Source: an uncultured Candidatus Rokubacteria bacterium
Lineage (GTDB): Bacteria > Methylomirabilota > Methylomirabilia > Rokubacteriales > DASRDR01
Assembly (NCBI GenBank): GCA_963708025.1
Contig: CAVPSB010000031.1
Span: forward strand, 256,001 to 320,000
Length of the DNA: 64,000 bases
Direction: 5' to 3'
Part shown: positions 28,653 through 41,408 of the stretch, in pieces
How the letters are laid out: every line of letters begins with the position of its first letter
Numbering within the stretch: the first letter of the stretch is position 1
Translations under genes and position numbers: made by a program
Notes under the pieces: model-generated
What the model saw: only the letters and a program-made list of their open reading frames with translations
Database searches by the model: none
What the model was told of the DNA's origin: nothing

Positions 28653-30176
28653 ATGCTGGCGCGGGTCTTCTCGGCGTGTCTCTCCGGCGTCGAGGCGGCC
28701 CTGGTGCGCGTCGAGGTGGACGTGAGCCACGGTCTGCCGACCTTCACCACCGTCGGGCTGCCGGACCCGGCGATCCGCGAGAGCCGGGATCGCGTCCGGG
28801 CAGCCCTCCGGAACTCGGGGTTCACGTTTCCCCAGGATCGGATCACGGTGAACCTGGCGCCGGCGGACCTCCGGAAGGAAGGCGTGAGCTTCGACCTGCC
28901 GATCGCGCTCGGGCTCCTGGCCGCCGCCGGCGCGCTGAAGCGCGAGCGCCTCGACGGCCTGCTGGTGGCGGGCGAGCTGGCGCTCGACGGCGGCATCCAT
29001 CCGGTGCGGGGCGTGCTGTCGATGGCCCTGGCGGCTCTGCGCGCCCGGGTCGGCGGCTGTCTCTTGGCGCCGGGGAACGCGATGGAGGCAGCGGTCGTGG
29101 ACGGCCTCGCCGTGTACCCGGCGGCGTCGCTCGCCGAGGCAGCGGCCTTCCTGAACGGGGAGCGTCGGGTCGAGGCGGCCCGCGCCGATCCGGCGACGCT
29201 GCTGGCGGCCCCGCGCGTGGACGAGGTGGACTTCGCCGACGTGCGGGGACAGCTCCACGCCAAGCGCGCCCTGGAGATCGCCGCGGCCGGCGGCCACAAC
29301 GTCCTGATGGTCGGGCCCCCCGGGACCGGCAAGACCATGCTCGCGCGGCGGCTCCACACCGTCCTGCCGCCGCTCACCCTGGCCGAGGCGCTGGAGGTCA
29401 GCGTGGTGTGGAGCGTCGCCGGTCACTTGCCGGCGCTGGGGCTCATGGTGGACCGTCCCTTCCGGGGGCCGCATCACACGACGTCGGATGCCGGCCTGAT
29501 CGGCGGCGGCCGGCTCCCGCATCCGGGCGAGGTGAGCCTGGCGCATCTGGGCGTGCTGTTCCTGGACGAGCTGCCGGAGTTCCAGCAGCACGTGCTGGAG
29601 ACGCTCCGGCAGCCGCTCGAGGACGGAGCGGTGACCGTGTCACGGGCGGCGGGGAGCGTCCGGTTTCCGGCCGAGTTCCAGCTCGTGGCCGCCACCAACC
29701 CGTGCCGGCGCGGATGCCGCAGCCTGGAGGCCTGCGGCTGCACTCCGGGCGAGCGGGCGCGCTATCTGGCCCGGCTCTCGCGGCCGCTTCTCGACCGGAT
29801 CGACGTCCACGTGGAGGTACCGCCGGTCCCCTACCGGGAGCTGGGCGCCGGCGGGCTGGTCGGAGAAGCCTCGGCGACGATCCGGCGGCGGGTCGTGGCG
29901 GCGCGGGAGCGCCAGCGAGCGCGGTTCGGCCGGGCGCGCGTGCGAGTGAACGCCCGCATGACCCCGCGGCACGTCGGGCGCTACTGCCTCCTCTCGGACG
30001 ACGGGCGGGAGCTGGTGGCACAGGCGGTGGACCGGCTGGGGCTGTCGGCGCGGGCCCACGATCGCGTGCTCAAGGTATCGAGGACCATCGCCGACCTGGC
30101 CGGCGAGGAAGCGATCGGCGTCGAGCACCTCGCCGAGGCGCTCCAGTACCGCGGGCTCGATCGGTGGTTCGGGTGA
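28653..30176 (+). CDS. comM: ComM/YifB Mg-chelatase-like AAA+ helicase
   Basis: VGLPD..IRES.DRV, NLAPADL.KEG, GPPGTGKTMLA, GEVSLAH.GVLFLDE, LDRID. Confidence 0.96.
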   Translation: MLARVFSACLSGVEAALVRVEVDVSHGLPTFTTVGLPDPAIRESRDRVRAALRNSGFTFPQDRITVNLAPADLRKEGVSFDLPIALGLLAAAGALKRERLDGLLVAGELALDGGIHPVRGVLSMALAALRARVGGCLLAPGNAMEAAVVDGLAVYPAASLAEAAAFLNGERRVEAARADPATLLAAPRVDEVDFADVRGQLHAKRALEIAAAGGHNVLMVGPPGTGKTMLARRLHTVLPPLTLAEALEVSVVWSVAGHLPALGLMVDRPFRGPHHTTSDAGLIGGGRLPHPGEVSLAHLGVLFLDELPEFQQHVLETLRQPLEDGAVTVSRAAGSVRFPAEFQLVAATNPCRRGCRSLEACGCTPGERARYLARLSRPLLDRIDVHVEVPPVPYRELGAGGLVGEASATIRRRVVAARERQRARFGRARVRVNARMTPRHVGRYCLLSDDGRELVAQAVDRLGLSARAHDRVLKVSRTIADLAGEEAIGVEHLAEALQYRGLDRWFG

Positions 30177-30462
30177 GCCGGGCCCCGCTCGCCCGCGGAC
30201 CCGGCGCCAGCTTCGTTCTCATTGACCCGAGCGGTGGCGCACCATTCGCGCTCGCATCGTCCCTCCTCCGGATCCCCTGTGGTGAAAACCTCGAACGTCG
30301 ACGCTGCGCGGGAGACGATGCCGGGCACCTGCCGCGGCGGGCTGGATCGCCGGTAGGTGATGCGTCAGGCGCAGGCCAAGAAATCGGGGTGTCGAGATCG
30401 GGCGCTCGGTTCCGCCGCGACGCCCCTGGTCGGCCCTCGCGTCGCGGGCGCCTCGCTGTTCC

Positions 30463-30549
30463 GGGTTGTTCCGGCCCGACGGTCTGCCGCACCCGCTCGC
30501 CTTCGATCACGAGCGGATCCTGGCCGACTACTTCGACGGTCGCTACTGA
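30463..30549 (+). pseudogene. C-terminal remnant of a NUDIX hydrolase
   Basis: GLFRPDGLPHPLAFDHERILADYFDGRY*; no Nudix box or start upstream. Confidence 0.7.
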
Positions 30550-31280
30550 GTGGTGGGGGGCCTGAGGGTCGGAGTGGGCCGGGGCGGCAGGTTCGTGAAC
30601 GTGACCGTCCCGTCGGCCGAGACCTGCCGGTAGATCTGCTGGGGTGCCTCTCCGGCGGCCCAGGCCCGCCCGGGCCCTTCGACGCCCTCGTAGAGGGCGC
30701 GAATCCTCCGGACATACTCCTGGGTCTCGGGATACGGGGGAACACCGCGGTAGTTGCGAACCGCCTCTTCTCCCGCGTTGTAGGCAGCCAGCGCCCGCGT
30801 CACGTCGCCCCCGAACCGCTGGAGCAGGTCGCGCAGGTGCCGGACGCCGCCGTCGACGTTCTGCTCCGGATCGAAGGCGTTGCGCACGCCCAGCTCGGCG
30901 GACCGCTGGGGCATGAGCTGCATGAGCCCCTGGGCGCCCTTGCGGGACACGGCGCGCGGGTTGCCTCCGGACTCGACGGTGACCACGGCCTCGACGAGTC
31001 GGTGGTCGACCCGGTGTCGCTCCGCCGTGGTCCGGATCAGGTCGGCGTAGGGGCCGACGCCGAGACCGCGGAGGACCGGGCGGGCGGCGAAGGGGACCGA
31101 GGCGCGGTCCGCCGGCAGGCCGCGCACCCGGCGATACCGGGGGTCGGCCGGAGCGTTCGTGTAGTGAATGGTACCGGCTTCGTCCTGGTAGCGGAACGTG
31201 CCCGCTTCCGCCGTGCCCGCGAGCACGAGAGCCACCAGCGCGCCCAGCCACATCGTCGTGGAGACACCCCTACCGAGCAT
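30543..31280 (-). CDS. Secreted lytic transglycosylase (SLT) with DUF4124-like motifs at both ends
   Basis: Signal peptide, VES, GAQGLMQLMP, ALAAYNAG, PPYPETQEYV. Confidence 0.93.
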   Translation of the reverse strand: MLGRGVSTTMWLGALVALVLAGTAEAGTFRYQDEAGTIHYTNAPADPRYRRVRGLPADRASVPFAARPVLRGLGVGPYADLIRTTAERHRVDHRLVEAVVTVESGGNPRAVSRKGAQGLMQLMPQRSAELGVRNAFDPEQNVDGGVRHLRDLLQRFGGDVTRALAAYNAGEEAVRNYRGVPPYPETQEYVRRIRALYEGVEGPGRAWAAGEAPQQIYRQVSADGTVTFTNLPPRPTPTLRPPTTQ

Positions 31281-31288
31281 GGGGCGTC

Positions 31289-31318
31289 AGTCTAGGAAAG
31301 CGCGAGGCGCGCTGTCAA
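31289..31318 (-). promoter_or_regulatory. Sigma70-type promoter of the SLT gene (TTGACA-N18-TAGACT), near-leaderless
   Basis: -10 ends 8 nt before ATG 31280; no SD. Confidence 0.65.
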
Positions 31319-31321
31319 TGT

Positions 31322-31351
31322 TTCCGGGGCTCCCAGGTGGGAGCCCCGGAA
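31322..31351 (-). terminator. 13-bp GC stem-loop just after lon (no U-tract)
   Basis: TTCCGGGGCTCCC-AGGT-GGGAGCCCCGGAA. Confidence 0.5.
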
Positions 31352-31358
31352 GCGCCCG

Positions 31359-33797
31359 TCAGTTCGGCTGGTACCCCGCGAGAGCCGGCACCGGCCGGCG
31401 CGACGATGGTTCGGGCAAGGCCAGGCGGAGCACGTCGGCCACGCTGGAGACCAGGTGGACGGTGAGGGCTCGCCGGACCTCGGCGGGCACGTCCTCCACG
31501 AGCGCCTTCTCGTTCTGGCGAGGGAGGATCAGGGTGGTGATGCCCGCGCGATGCGCGGCCAGGACCTTCTCCTTGATGCCGCCCACCGGCAGGACCCGAC
31601 CGCTCAGCGTGATCTCGCCCGTCATGGCGAGCCGCCCGCGCACCGGCCGGTTCGTCAAGAGCGACACCAGCGCGGTGGCCAGGGTGATCCCCGCCGAAGG
31701 CCCGTCCTTGGGGATCGCGCCGGCCGGGACGTGGAGGTGCAGGTCGTACTCGCTCCAGAAGCCCGGGTCGATGCCCAGGTCCTCGGCGTGCCCCCGCACC
31801 CACGACACCGCCGCCTGCGCGGACTCCTTCATCACGTCCCCGAGCTGCCCGGTGAGGGTGAGGGACTTCCCCCCCTTCATCTTGGAGGCCTCGATGAAGA
31901 GGAGGTCGCCGCCGGCCGGCGTCCACGCCAGCCCGACACTGACGCCGGGTACGCGCGCCCGCTCGTCCAGCTCCTCCTCGACGAGGAAGCGCGGCGCGCC
32001 GAGACGGGTCCCGACCTGTTCCGGCGTGATGGTCACCGGATCGACCCACCCGCCGGCCCGCTGCCGGGCCACCTTCCGGCAGAGGGACGCGATCTCCCGC
32101 TCCAGGTTCCGGACGCCTGCCTCTCGGGTGTAGCTCCGCGCCAGGAGGCGCAGGGCGTCGTCGGTGAAGGCGATGTCCCGGTCGAGCGCGAGGCCGTGCT
32201 CGCGCGCCTGCTTCGGACACAGGTGGCGGCGGGCGATCTGGATCTTCTCCTCCTCGGTATAGCCCGCCAGGTTGATCACCTCCATCCGGTCGCGCAGGGC
32301 CGGCGGGATGGGATCCAGCAGGTTGGCCGTCGTGATGAAGAGGATCCGCGACAGGTCGAACGCCACGTCGAGGTAGTGGTCCCGGAACGTCGCGTTCTGC
32401 TCGGGGTCCAGCACCTCGAGGAGGGCCGCCGCCGGGTCCCCCCGGAAGTCATGGCCCAGCTTGTCCACCTCGTCGAGCATGAAGACGGGGTTCCGCGATT
32501 CGGCGCGGCGAACCCCCTGGATGATCTGACCCGGCAGCGCCCCGATGTACGTCCGCCGGTGCCCGCGGATCTCCGCCTCGTCGCGCATGCCGCCCAGCGA
32601 GATCCGGTGGAACGTACGTCCAAGGGCACGGGCGATGGAGCGGCCGAGCGAGGTCTTCCCGACGCCCGGCGGACCCACGAAGCAGATGATCGGCTCCTTC
32701 CCGTCCGGCCGGATCTTCCGCACCGCCAGGTGCTCGAGGATCCGGTCCTTGATCTTCTCCAGCCCCCAGTGGTCCTCGTCGAGCACGGCCCCGGCCCGCT
32801 CGAGGTCGATCGCGTCGCCGGTCTCCTTCCGCCAGGGCAGGGAGACGAGCCACTCCAGATAGGTCCGGGCCACGGTGTACTCGGCGGCTGCCGGCGGCAT
32901 CTTGGCGAGCCGGTCCAGCTCCCGGAGAGCCTCCCGATGGGCCTCTTCCGACATGCCGGCCGCCTCGACCTTCTGCCGCAGGTCCTCGAGCTCCTGGGTG
33001 CGCTCGTCGCCCTCCCCGAGCTCCTTCTGGATGGCCTTCATCTGCTCGCGGAGGTAGTACTCCCGCTGCGTCTTCGTCATCTCGCTCTGGATCTGGGACT
33101 GGATCCGGGATCCCAGCTCGAGGACTTCGGCCTCCTTGACCAGGGCCGCCACCAGGGTCTTGAGACGCACCTTGACCTCCGGCGTCTCGAGGAGCGCCTG
33201 CTTGCTCTCGGCGGTCAGGGAGGGCAGCACGGCCGCGATGGCGTCAGCCATCCGGCCGGCGTCCTCGGCTCCGGACACCAGCGTCACCAGCTCGTCGGCC
33301 AGCATCGGCGACAGCTCGACGATCCGCCGGAACAGGGACAGGGCCTGCCGGCCGAGCGCCTCGGCTTCGAGGTCATCGGGCGCCGGCACACGGCTTGGCA
33401 GCCGCTCGATCCGCGCCTTGAAATAGGGAACCGCCTGGGTGAACTCGGCGATCCGGAAGCGCTCCAGGCCCTGGACCACCAGCCGGACCGTGCCGTCCGG
33501 CTGCTTGAGCATCTTGTGGATCACCGCGACCGTCCCGATGGCGTGCAGCTCGTGCGCCGCCGGCGTCTCCTGGGCGGCGTCCCGCTGGGTCACCACGCCG
33601 ATCAGCCGCGGCCCCAGCACCGCCTCGTCCACCAGGTGGACCGACGAGGAGCGGGCGACCGCCAGCGGCAGCACCGCCTGCGGGAACAGCACGGTCTCCC
33701 GGAGCGGGAGGACCGGCAGCTCCTCGGGAGTGCCCAGGCGAACCTCGGGTGCGGCCTCGGCCTCTTTCGTCCGAATTGCGCTGCCCGGCTCGCTCAT
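31359..33797 (-). CDS. lon: ATP-dependent protease La
   Basis: [53 protein letters not shown] 33797 (ATGA overlap). Confidence 0.98.
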   Translation of the reverse strand: MSEPGSAIRTKEAEAAPEVRLGTPEELPVLPLRETVLFPQAVLPLAVARSSSVHLVDEAVLGPRLIGVVTQRDAAQETPAAHELHAIGTVAVIHKMLKQPDGTVRLVVQGLERFRIAEFTQAVPYFKARIERLPSRVPAPDDLEAEALGRQALSLFRRIVELSPMLADELVTLVSGAEDAGRMADAIAAVLPSLTAESKQALLETPEVKVRLKTLVAALVKEAEVLELGSRIQSQIQSEMTKTQREYYLREQMKAIQKELGEGDERTQELEDLRQKVEAAGMSEEAHREALRELDRLAKMPPAAAEYTVARTYLEWLVSLPWRKETGDAIDLERAGAVLDEDHWGLEKIKDRILEHLAVRKIRPDGKEPIICFVGPPGVGKTSLGRSIARALGRTFHRISLGGMRDEAEIRGHRRTYIGALPGQIIQGVRRAESRNPVFMLDEVDKLGHDFRGDPAAALLEVLDPEQNATFRDHYLDVAFDLSRILFITTANLLDPIPPALRDRMEVINLAGYTEEEKIQIARRHLCPKQAREHGLALDRDIAFTDDALRLLARSYTREAGVRNLEREIASLCRKVARQRAGGWVDPVTITPEQVGTRLGAPRFLVEEELDERARVPGVSVGLAWTPAGGDLLFIEASKMKGGKSLTLTGQLGDVMKESAQAAVSWVRGHAEDLGIDPGFWSEYDLHLHVPAGAIPKDGPSAGITLATALVSLLTNRPVRGRLAMTGEITLSGRVLPVGGIKEKVLAAHRAGITTLILPRQNEKALVEDVPAEVRRALTVHLVSSVADVLRLALPEPSSRRPVPALAGYQPN

Positions 33798-34288
33798 GTC
33801 ACTTCTTCGGCCACGCTGCGGCTCCGGACGGCACCGATCTCCGGGCGGGACTGGTCGCGCTCCCACGCTTCCTGGCAACGGGTGCAGCGGACCGCGAACG
33901 GATGGGCGCGAAGCCGGAGGACGTTGATGGGCTCCTCGCACACCTCGCACCGCCCGTAGTTCCCCTCGTCCATCTTCTTCAGCGCGAGATTGATCTGACC
34001 CAGCATCGCGGCGCGCCGGTCGGCCACCGCGAACCCCATCTCGTCGTCGGGACTCAGCGCCGGTCGGTCCCCGAACGGGGTCCCCTCGATCTTTTCCCGC
34101 TGAGCGCCGTCCCGCCGACCTTCGCGCTCCTCGCGCAGCTTGGTGATCAGCTCGTCCCGCTTGCTCAGAAGCATCGCCCGGAGTTCGGCCTGGACCGCGG
34201 CCGGGCTCTTCGTCTCGGCCGGGGCTTTGGCCGTCCGGGATCCGGTCCGCGCGGGGGCCGAGCTCTTCACAGGACGTGATCGCGGCAT
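33794..34288 (-). CDS. DksA/TraR family C4 zinc-finger protein
   Basis: [20 protein letters not shown]...RL.A.P....CTRCQ; ATG 34288 with GGAGGAGG SD. Confidence 0.9.
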   Translation of the reverse strand: MPRSRPVKSSAPARTGSRTAKAPAETKSPAAVQAELRAMLLSKRDELITKLREEREGRRDGAQREKIEGTPFGDRPALSPDDEMGFAVADRRAAMLGQINLALKKMDEGNYGRCEVCEEPINVLRLRAHPFAVRCTRCQEAWERDQSRPEIGAVRSRSVAEEVT

Positions 34289-34337
34289 CGTGCCTCCTCC
34301 GTTGAGTCGTAGGCGTCCAGGGCGAAGGCGTGATCCA

Positions 34338-34721
34338 TCAGAAGACATCGAGCTTGCGCAGCCGTCGGTCGGCTACCCGCACGAGCGCCGCCTCCTGGGC
34401 GGGCTCGGTCCGCGGACCGGCTCCCGGCTGCTGCCGGACGTACGCCGCCAATTCCTCCAGCTCCTCCTGCATGGCCAGCATCTGACGCCTCATCCTTAAG
34501 ATGATCTCGACCCCTGCCAGATTCACGCCAAGGTCGCGAGTGAGGCGGAGGACCCGCCGAATGTCCTCCACATCCTCCTCCGAGTACATGCGCGTTCGCC
34601 CGACCGTCCGGCTCGGACGGATCAAGCCCTTCCGCTCGTGGAGCCGGAGCGTCTGGGGGTGAATCTTGAGCATGTCGGCCACCACTCCGATCAAGTACAG
34701 GGGCTTCCCCGGATCGCTCAT
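34338..34721 (-). CDS. hspR: MerR-family heat-shock repressor
   Basis: YLIGVVADMLKIHPQTLR..ERKGL..PSR, LGVNLAGV; follows dnaJ. Confidence 0.9.
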   Translation of the reverse strand: MSDPGKPLYLIGVVADMLKIHPQTLRLHERKGLIRPSRTVGRTRMYSEEDVEDIRRVLRLTRDLGVNLAGVEIILRMRRQMLAMQEELEELAAYVRQQPGAGPRTEPAQEAALVRVADRRLRKLDVF

Positions 34722-35731
34722 CGTTCGACTCCTCGGGCCCACAACGCCGCCCGTGGATCCTCGGGCAGCAGTCGCTGCAGGGCGCGCAGGACCTCTTCCA
34801 GGGTCGAGTCCGCGTTGCGGGGGATCGTGACCCGGGCCTCGACGAACAGGTCGCCCCGCCCGTCCCGGTCGAGCCGGGGACAGCCCTTCCCACGGAGCCG
34901 GAACACCTGGCCGCTCTGGGTGCCGGCCGGCATCGTGAGGATCGCCGGCCCCTCCAGGGTCGGCACCTGGATCCGCGCCCCCAGCGCCGCTTCCGGAATC
35001 GTGATCGGCACCTCGCAGTAGAGGTTGTCCCCCTTCCGGGTGAAGAACGGATGCGCGCGCACCCGCGTGATGACCAGCAGGTCTCCCGACAGTCCCGGGG
35101 ACCGCGCGGCGTGGCCCGCGCCGGGTACCCGGATCTGCGACCCGGTGTCAACGCCCGGTGGGATGTGGACCGTCACGCGGACCTCCCTGGGCACCGTGCC
35201 CCGGCCCGCGCATCCCGGGCAAGGTTCCGGAGCCTGCCAGCCCGCCCCGCCGCACGCTGCGCAGCGGATGGTCGAACGGCCTCCGGGCTCGATGGACCGG
35301 ACAGCCTGGCCACCGCACTCGCCGCAGCGGGTCATCCCGCGCCCCTCGACCCCGCCGGTTCCCTGGCAGCCTGGACACGGCGCCTGCCCGGTGACGTCCA
35401 CCACCGCCGAGATGCCGCGGAGGGCGTCCTCGAACTCGATCTCGACCGGACAATGCAGGTCGTCGCCGCGGAGGTCCCGCGCCGCGACCGGCTCGCTGGC
35501 GGCCTCGAACGCCCGATGGCCGAGGCGGTCGTACAGGGCTCGGGACGCCGGTTCGGCCAGCACCCGGTAGGCCTCGCTGATCTCCGCGAAGACCTCGCCC
35601 GCCCTATCGTCCCAGACGTTGATGTCGGGTGAGCACTGGCGGGCCAGGCGCCGGTACGCCTGCCGGATCACCTGACCCGTGGCCTCGCGTGGAACCCCGA
35701 GGATGTCGTAGTAATCTCGCTTCCGCATCAC
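34718..35731 (-). CDS. dnaJ: DnaJ-family chaperone with SPD in place of HPD
   Basis: DYYDILGV J-domain, four CxxCxGxG-like repeats, GDLLV...HPFF.RKG.NL C-domain. Confidence 0.9.
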   Translation of the reverse strand: MMRKRDYYDILGVPREATGQVIRQAYRRLARQCSPDINVWDDRAGEVFAEISEAYRVLAEPASRALYDRLGHRAFEAASEPVAARDLRGDDLHCPVEIEFEDALRGISAVVDVTGQAPCPGCQGTGGVEGRGMTRCGECGGQAVRSIEPGGRSTIRCAACGGAGWQAPEPCPGCAGRGTVPREVRVTVHIPPGVDTGSQIRVPGAGHAARSPGLSGDLLVITRVRAHPFFTRKGDNLYCEVPITIPEAALGARIQVPTLEGPAILTMPAGTQSGQVFRLRGKGCPRLDRDGRGDLFVEARVTIPRNADSTLEEVLRALQRLLPEDPRAALWARGVER

Positions 35732-35836
35732 AACCGCCCCGGGATCTCCTCTCCCGACTCAACTCCCCAGGCTTCTCGCAATGCCTTGGCTCCCGGCCTC
35801 ACGGCCACGGCTCTCCACTCCGAGCCGCGGCTTCTC

Positions 35837-35969
35837 CGCGGCCTCCGAGGGGGGGGGCATCGGGGGGTCTTCCGAGACCCCCGAAGAACTCAGTTCGAGA
35901 CCTCCCGCCCACCCCCCAGCCCCCCTCCCCCACCCACCGGGGGGAGGGGGGAGCCGGAGGGACCCGATT
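35837..35969 (-). repeat. Composite REP-like cluster between dnaK and dnaJ
   Basis: 35889-35969 is a reverse copy of 25538-25614; 35837-35883 resembles 5023-5056. Confidence 0.8.
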
Positions 35970-35983
35970 CCTTCACGGCGCTC

Positions 35984-37897
<1,914 letters not shown>

Positions 37898-38024
37898 GTC
37901 TCCGCTCTCCTTCGTGGTCTGTCTCTGACTGCACTTCCAGGAGGTCACGGAAGGGATCCAGCAACTCGAGCCGAATCGGTCGCCAACGCTCCACGCCCAT
38001 TTGCGTCCTCCTGAGGAACTGAGT

Positions 38025-38068
38025 ATTGAGTCATCTGTACGTATATCAGGTGATATGGTGACTGTCAA
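38025..38068 (-). promoter_or_regulatory. dnaK promoter (TTGACA-N17-TATACG) overlapped by a partial HAIR-like site
   Basis: -35 at 38068-38063, -10 at 38045-38040; ATTGAGT-N7-ACGTATA at 38025-38045. Confidence 0.55.
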
Positions 38069-38130
38069 GTCAGTGGTGATTCCGCATGTTGTGTCTTGAT
38101 TCGCTACGCTACGCGGGATATTGTGGGCCC

Positions 38131-38761
38131 GTGAAGCTCCGAGGGTCGGGGATTGCCGTACCTCTCCTGCTGGCTGGCCTGGCTGCGGTGGGCGGCGGAC
38201 TGCTGGCGATGCGCCTCCTGGCTCAGCCCGACGCGGGGCTGGTCTCGCCCGCCCCGGGATCTAGCGCGCGCGTCCAGCAGGCGCTCGGCGAGCTGGTGAT
38301 GCGGGCCACGGGGGTGTCGAGTCGCAGCGAGCCCCTGGTGCTGACCTCCGGTGACCTCAACGAGTTCCTGGCCCGGCACGTCGAAAGCCGGAGGCTGTCG
38401 CTCCGGCCGCTCCTGGTCCAGGCGGGGGAGGACGAGCTCCAGCTGACGGGTCGGACCTCCCTGGGGCAACTCACCGGTCGGTCCTGGATCCGGACGGTCC
38501 TCACGTGGCTCCCGGCCGGCGTCCGCGACCTCGATCTCTGGGTCTCGGTGCAGGGACGCCTCGTCGCTGCGTCAGGGGGAGCTGGAGTTCGCCGTCCAGC
38601 GAACCACGCTGGGGCGGCAGCCGGTGCCGCCCACCTGGCTATGGCAGGCTCTGGATTTCGACCCGCGGGAACAGCTTCGCTGGCGGTTGCCCCGGGTGGT
38701 CGAGCGGATCGAGGTCAGGCCGGGCCAGCTGGTCATCTATACCCGCCACCACGGCCGCTAA
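38131..38761 (+). CDS. Membrane-anchored hypothetical protein (LmeA/DUF2993-like), frameshifted at the G5 run 38575-38579
   Basis: N-terminal TM helix; the shifted frame continues [18 protein letters not shown]...[11 protein letters not shown] to TAA 38761. Confidence 0.6.
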
Positions 38762-38799
38762 CGGGGCGGGGCAGCTCCGGGCGCCGGTCGAGAGCCGGG

Positions 38800-39216
38800 T
38801 TATCGGCCCGGGCGGCTCGCGCGGACGAACGCCATGCGCAGCGTGGCGAGGATCTCCTCGAGGACGCCCGACTCCTCGGGTGTCCGATTGCCCTCGGTCT
38901 TCTCCCGCAGCATGCCGAGCAGGTCGATGGTGAACTGAGCCTGCTCGAGATCGCGATGCGGCTGCCCCGTCACGGGATCGGGCACCTGGCCGAGATGCAC
39001 GAGGGCCTCGCTGTAGAGCATGACGAGGAACGAGGCCAGATCGGCCCGGGCGGGTCCGCCGGCCGGCGCGGCCGGCTCGGGGCGCGGTGGCGCGGTGGCG
39101 CTCGCGCGCGCCGACGGCGCGGCGGGGGGCGGACCCGGCGGCGCTGTCACCTCGTCCTCCGCGCGGCGCCGGCGATCGACGAAAGTGAATCCGGGCTCGG
39201 GCTCTCGATCCGGCAC
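38800..39216 (-). CDS. DUF1844 domain protein
   Basis: GFTFVDRRR, ALVHLG.VPDP.TG, AQFTIDLL.ML.EKT.GN.T.EE; GTG 39216 with AGGAGGT SD. Confidence 0.88.
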   Translation of the reverse strand: MPDREPEPGFTFVDRRRRAEDEVTAPPGPPPAAPSARASATAPPRPEPAAPAGGPARADLASFLVMLYSEALVHLGQVPDPVTGQPHRDLEQAQFTIDLLGMLREKTEGNRTPEESGVLEEILATLRMAFVRASRPGR

Positions 39217-39414
39217 GCTGTACCTCCTGGAGGCAGGACGCCTGCGGGTGCGCTCGGCGCGGCGGTCTTCACCGTAGCACACGGCCTCCGGGACGGCAAG
39301 GAAGGCGGGATCCCCGGGTCATCCGCGATCCGGGACGCGGCTGGTCGCCCGGCGCCCACCGGCGCGGGCGCTGGTGGAGGCGGGCGGGGGGCTCCGAGTA
39401 TAATGGGGCCACCG

Positions 39415-40207
39415 ATGCGGAGCCCCGACGCCGGTCAGCGCTTCGTGGAGTTGCTCTCCCTCATGGCCCGGCTGCGGGGCGAGGGGGGATGCCCCTGGGA
39501 TCGGGAGCAGACACGGAAGACGCTCCGCCCTTTCCTCGTCGAGGAGACCTACGAAGTCCTCGAGGCCCTCGACACCGGCGAATCGGCCCGGATCATGGAG
39601 GAGTTGGGGGACCTGCTCTTTCAGGTCGTGTTCCATGTCGAGATCGCCCGAGAGCGCGCCGAGTTCTCGATGGCCGACCTGCTGGTCGCGCTCGTTCGAC
39701 AAGATGGTACGTCGCCACCCGCACGTCTTCGGCGACCGCACGGTCGGCAGCGCCAGTGAGGCCCTGACCCAGTGGGAGGCGATCAAGCAGGCCGAAGGGG
39801 GCCCGGGCCGCTCGGCGCTCCACGGGATCCCCAGGGGCCTGCCCGGTCTGCTGCGGGCCCAGCGGATCCAGCATCGTGCCTCGCGCGTCGGTTTCGATTG
39901 GCAAGACCCGATGGCCGCTCTGGACAAGGTCCGGGAAGAGGTGGGGGAGCTCGGGGCCGCGCTGCAGGAGGGTGACGACGCGGCGATCCAGCACGAGACG
40001 GGGGATCTCCTGTTCGCCGTCGTCAATGTGGCCCGCCTCGCTCAGGTGGATCCCGAAACGGCGCTGCAGGACGCCATCGAGCGGTTTCGCGCGCGGTTCC
40101 GGCACATGGAGGGCGCGGCGCAGGAAGGCGGCCGCGAGCTCCGCTCCCTGACCCTCGACGAGATGGAGCGGTTGTGGATGGAGGCCAAGGCCCAGGAGCC
40201 TCGCTGA
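39415..40207 (+). CDS. mazG: Nucleoside triphosphate pyrophosphohydrolase, frameshifted near 39695 (possible sequencing error)
   Basis: [28 protein letters not shown], then [22 protein letters not shown] in the shifted frame. Confidence 0.92.
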
Positions 40208-40322
40208 CCGGCGAGGGCAATCGGCGGCTCTCCATTCCCGGCGGCTTTCGACTGCCCGACTAGGACGAGTCGAGGGCAATCCCGAGCCGCACACCAGCCC
40301 AGGAGGTCTGAGGAGAGGCGGG

Positions 40323-40868
40323 ATGAAGGTCAGGGTCGGCCAGACGGACGTCATCCTCGATCGCGGGGACATCACCGAGTACGAGGTGGACGCCATCGTC
40401 AATGCCGCGAACAACCAACTCTGGATGGGCGCCGGGGTGGCCGGCGCGATCAAGCGGAAGGGCGGCACCATCATCGAGGAGGACGCCGTCCGACAAGGGC
40501 CGATCGAGGTCGGCGAGGCGGTGGTGACGACGGCCGGCAACCTGCCGGCCAGCTATGTCATCCACGCCGCCGTCATGGGCCAGGATCTCGCCTCGAGTCC
40601 GGAAATCGTGCGGCAGGCGACGCTGGCCGCCCTGCGCCGGGCCGAGGAGATGCGGCTCGGGAGCGTCGCCTTTCCGGCCTTCGGCACCGGCGTCGGACGC
40701 ATGGCGCCCAAGGACTCGGCCGAGGCGATGGTCGCCGGACTCCGGACGCACCTCATCGAGGTTCCCGGCTCCAGCCTGCGTCGCGTGCACATCGTCCTGT
40801 TCCAGGACGACATCCTGCGGGCCTTCATGGCGGCCCTCGGCCTCGGCGGCGCCCGGCGCGCCGGGTGA
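40323..40868 (+). CDS. Macrodomain (ADP-ribose binding/hydrolase) protein
   Basis: [39 protein letters not shown]. Confidence 0.95.
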   Translation: MKVRVGQTDVILDRGDITEYEVDAIVNAANNQLWMGAGVAGAIKRKGGTIIEEDAVRQGPIEVGEAVVTTAGNLPASYVIHAAVMGQDLASSPEIVRQATLAALRRAEEMRLGSVAFPAFGTGVGRMAPKDSAEAMVAGLRTHLIEVPGSSLRRVHIVLFQDDILRAFMAALGLGGARRAG

Positions 40869-40873
40869 CCGCG

Positions 40874-40889
40874 TGGCACAGCGGTTGCA
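40874..40889 (+). promoter_or_regulatory. Sigma54 promoter upstream of the response regulator-pilBTCSR run (TGGCAC-AGCGG-TTGCA)
   Basis: Consensus -24/-12 elements. Confidence 0.78.
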
Positions 40890-40972
40890 TCGGCCCCGGG
40901 AGGTGGCCGGCGCGAAAAAGACTACCTCCCCCCGCCAGGTGGCGGCGAAGATGAGGGCCACGCTGATTTCCC

Positions 40973-41350
40973 ATGGCTAAGATCCTCGTTGCCGACGACG
41001 CTCCGGCGGTCCTGGACGTCCTCCACGATGCTCTCAGCAACGCGGGGCATCAAGTTGTTCGGGCGGCGAGCGGGGGCGAGGCGCTCCGGAAGTTCCAGGA
41101 TGCGCGGCCCGAGCTCGCCGTGATCGACATCATGATGCCGGACATGGACGGGCTGGTGGTTCTCGAGGGGATCCGCAGGATCGACGGCGAGGTTCCGGTG
41201 ATCCTGATCACGGGGATCGTCGGGGAAGGGGTCACGCGGCAGGTCGAGCATTACCGTTCCGTGGCGTTCTTCGAGAAGGGAACGGGACTCGATCGGTTCG
41301 TCGAACTGGTCAACAAAACGCTTGGTGTACCCGGCAGGCCCGGGTCATAA
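40973..41350 (+). CDS. Single-domain (CheY-like) response regulator
   Basis: ILVADD, DIMMPDMDG, ILITG, FFEK. Confidence 0.92.
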   Translation: MAKILVADDAPAVLDVLHDALSNAGHQVVRAASGGEALRKFQDARPELAVIDIMMPDMDGLVVLEGIRRIDGEVPVILITGIVGEGVTRQVEHYRSVAFFEKGTGLDRFVELVNKTLGVPGRPGS

Positions 41351-41408
41351 TGCCCCCCTTTCCGCTCAGAACTGCCGTCGGTGAACGGGGAGGGGTCCGC
41401 TAGCTGCC

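Noticed and set aside
26507-33959. Long antisense or alternate-frame ORFs (e.g. 956 aa, 834 aa) here and across the window
   Set aside because: Shadow ORFs of high-GC genes with no recognisable motifs
37898-38068. 57-aa N-terminal extension of DnaK
   Set aside because: Covers the promoter and leader; the conserved start [10 protein letters not shown] is at 37897
38086-39759. 557-aa membrane protein-MazG fusion
   Set aside because: Read-through caused by a frameshift; it crosses the opposite-strand DUF1844 gene
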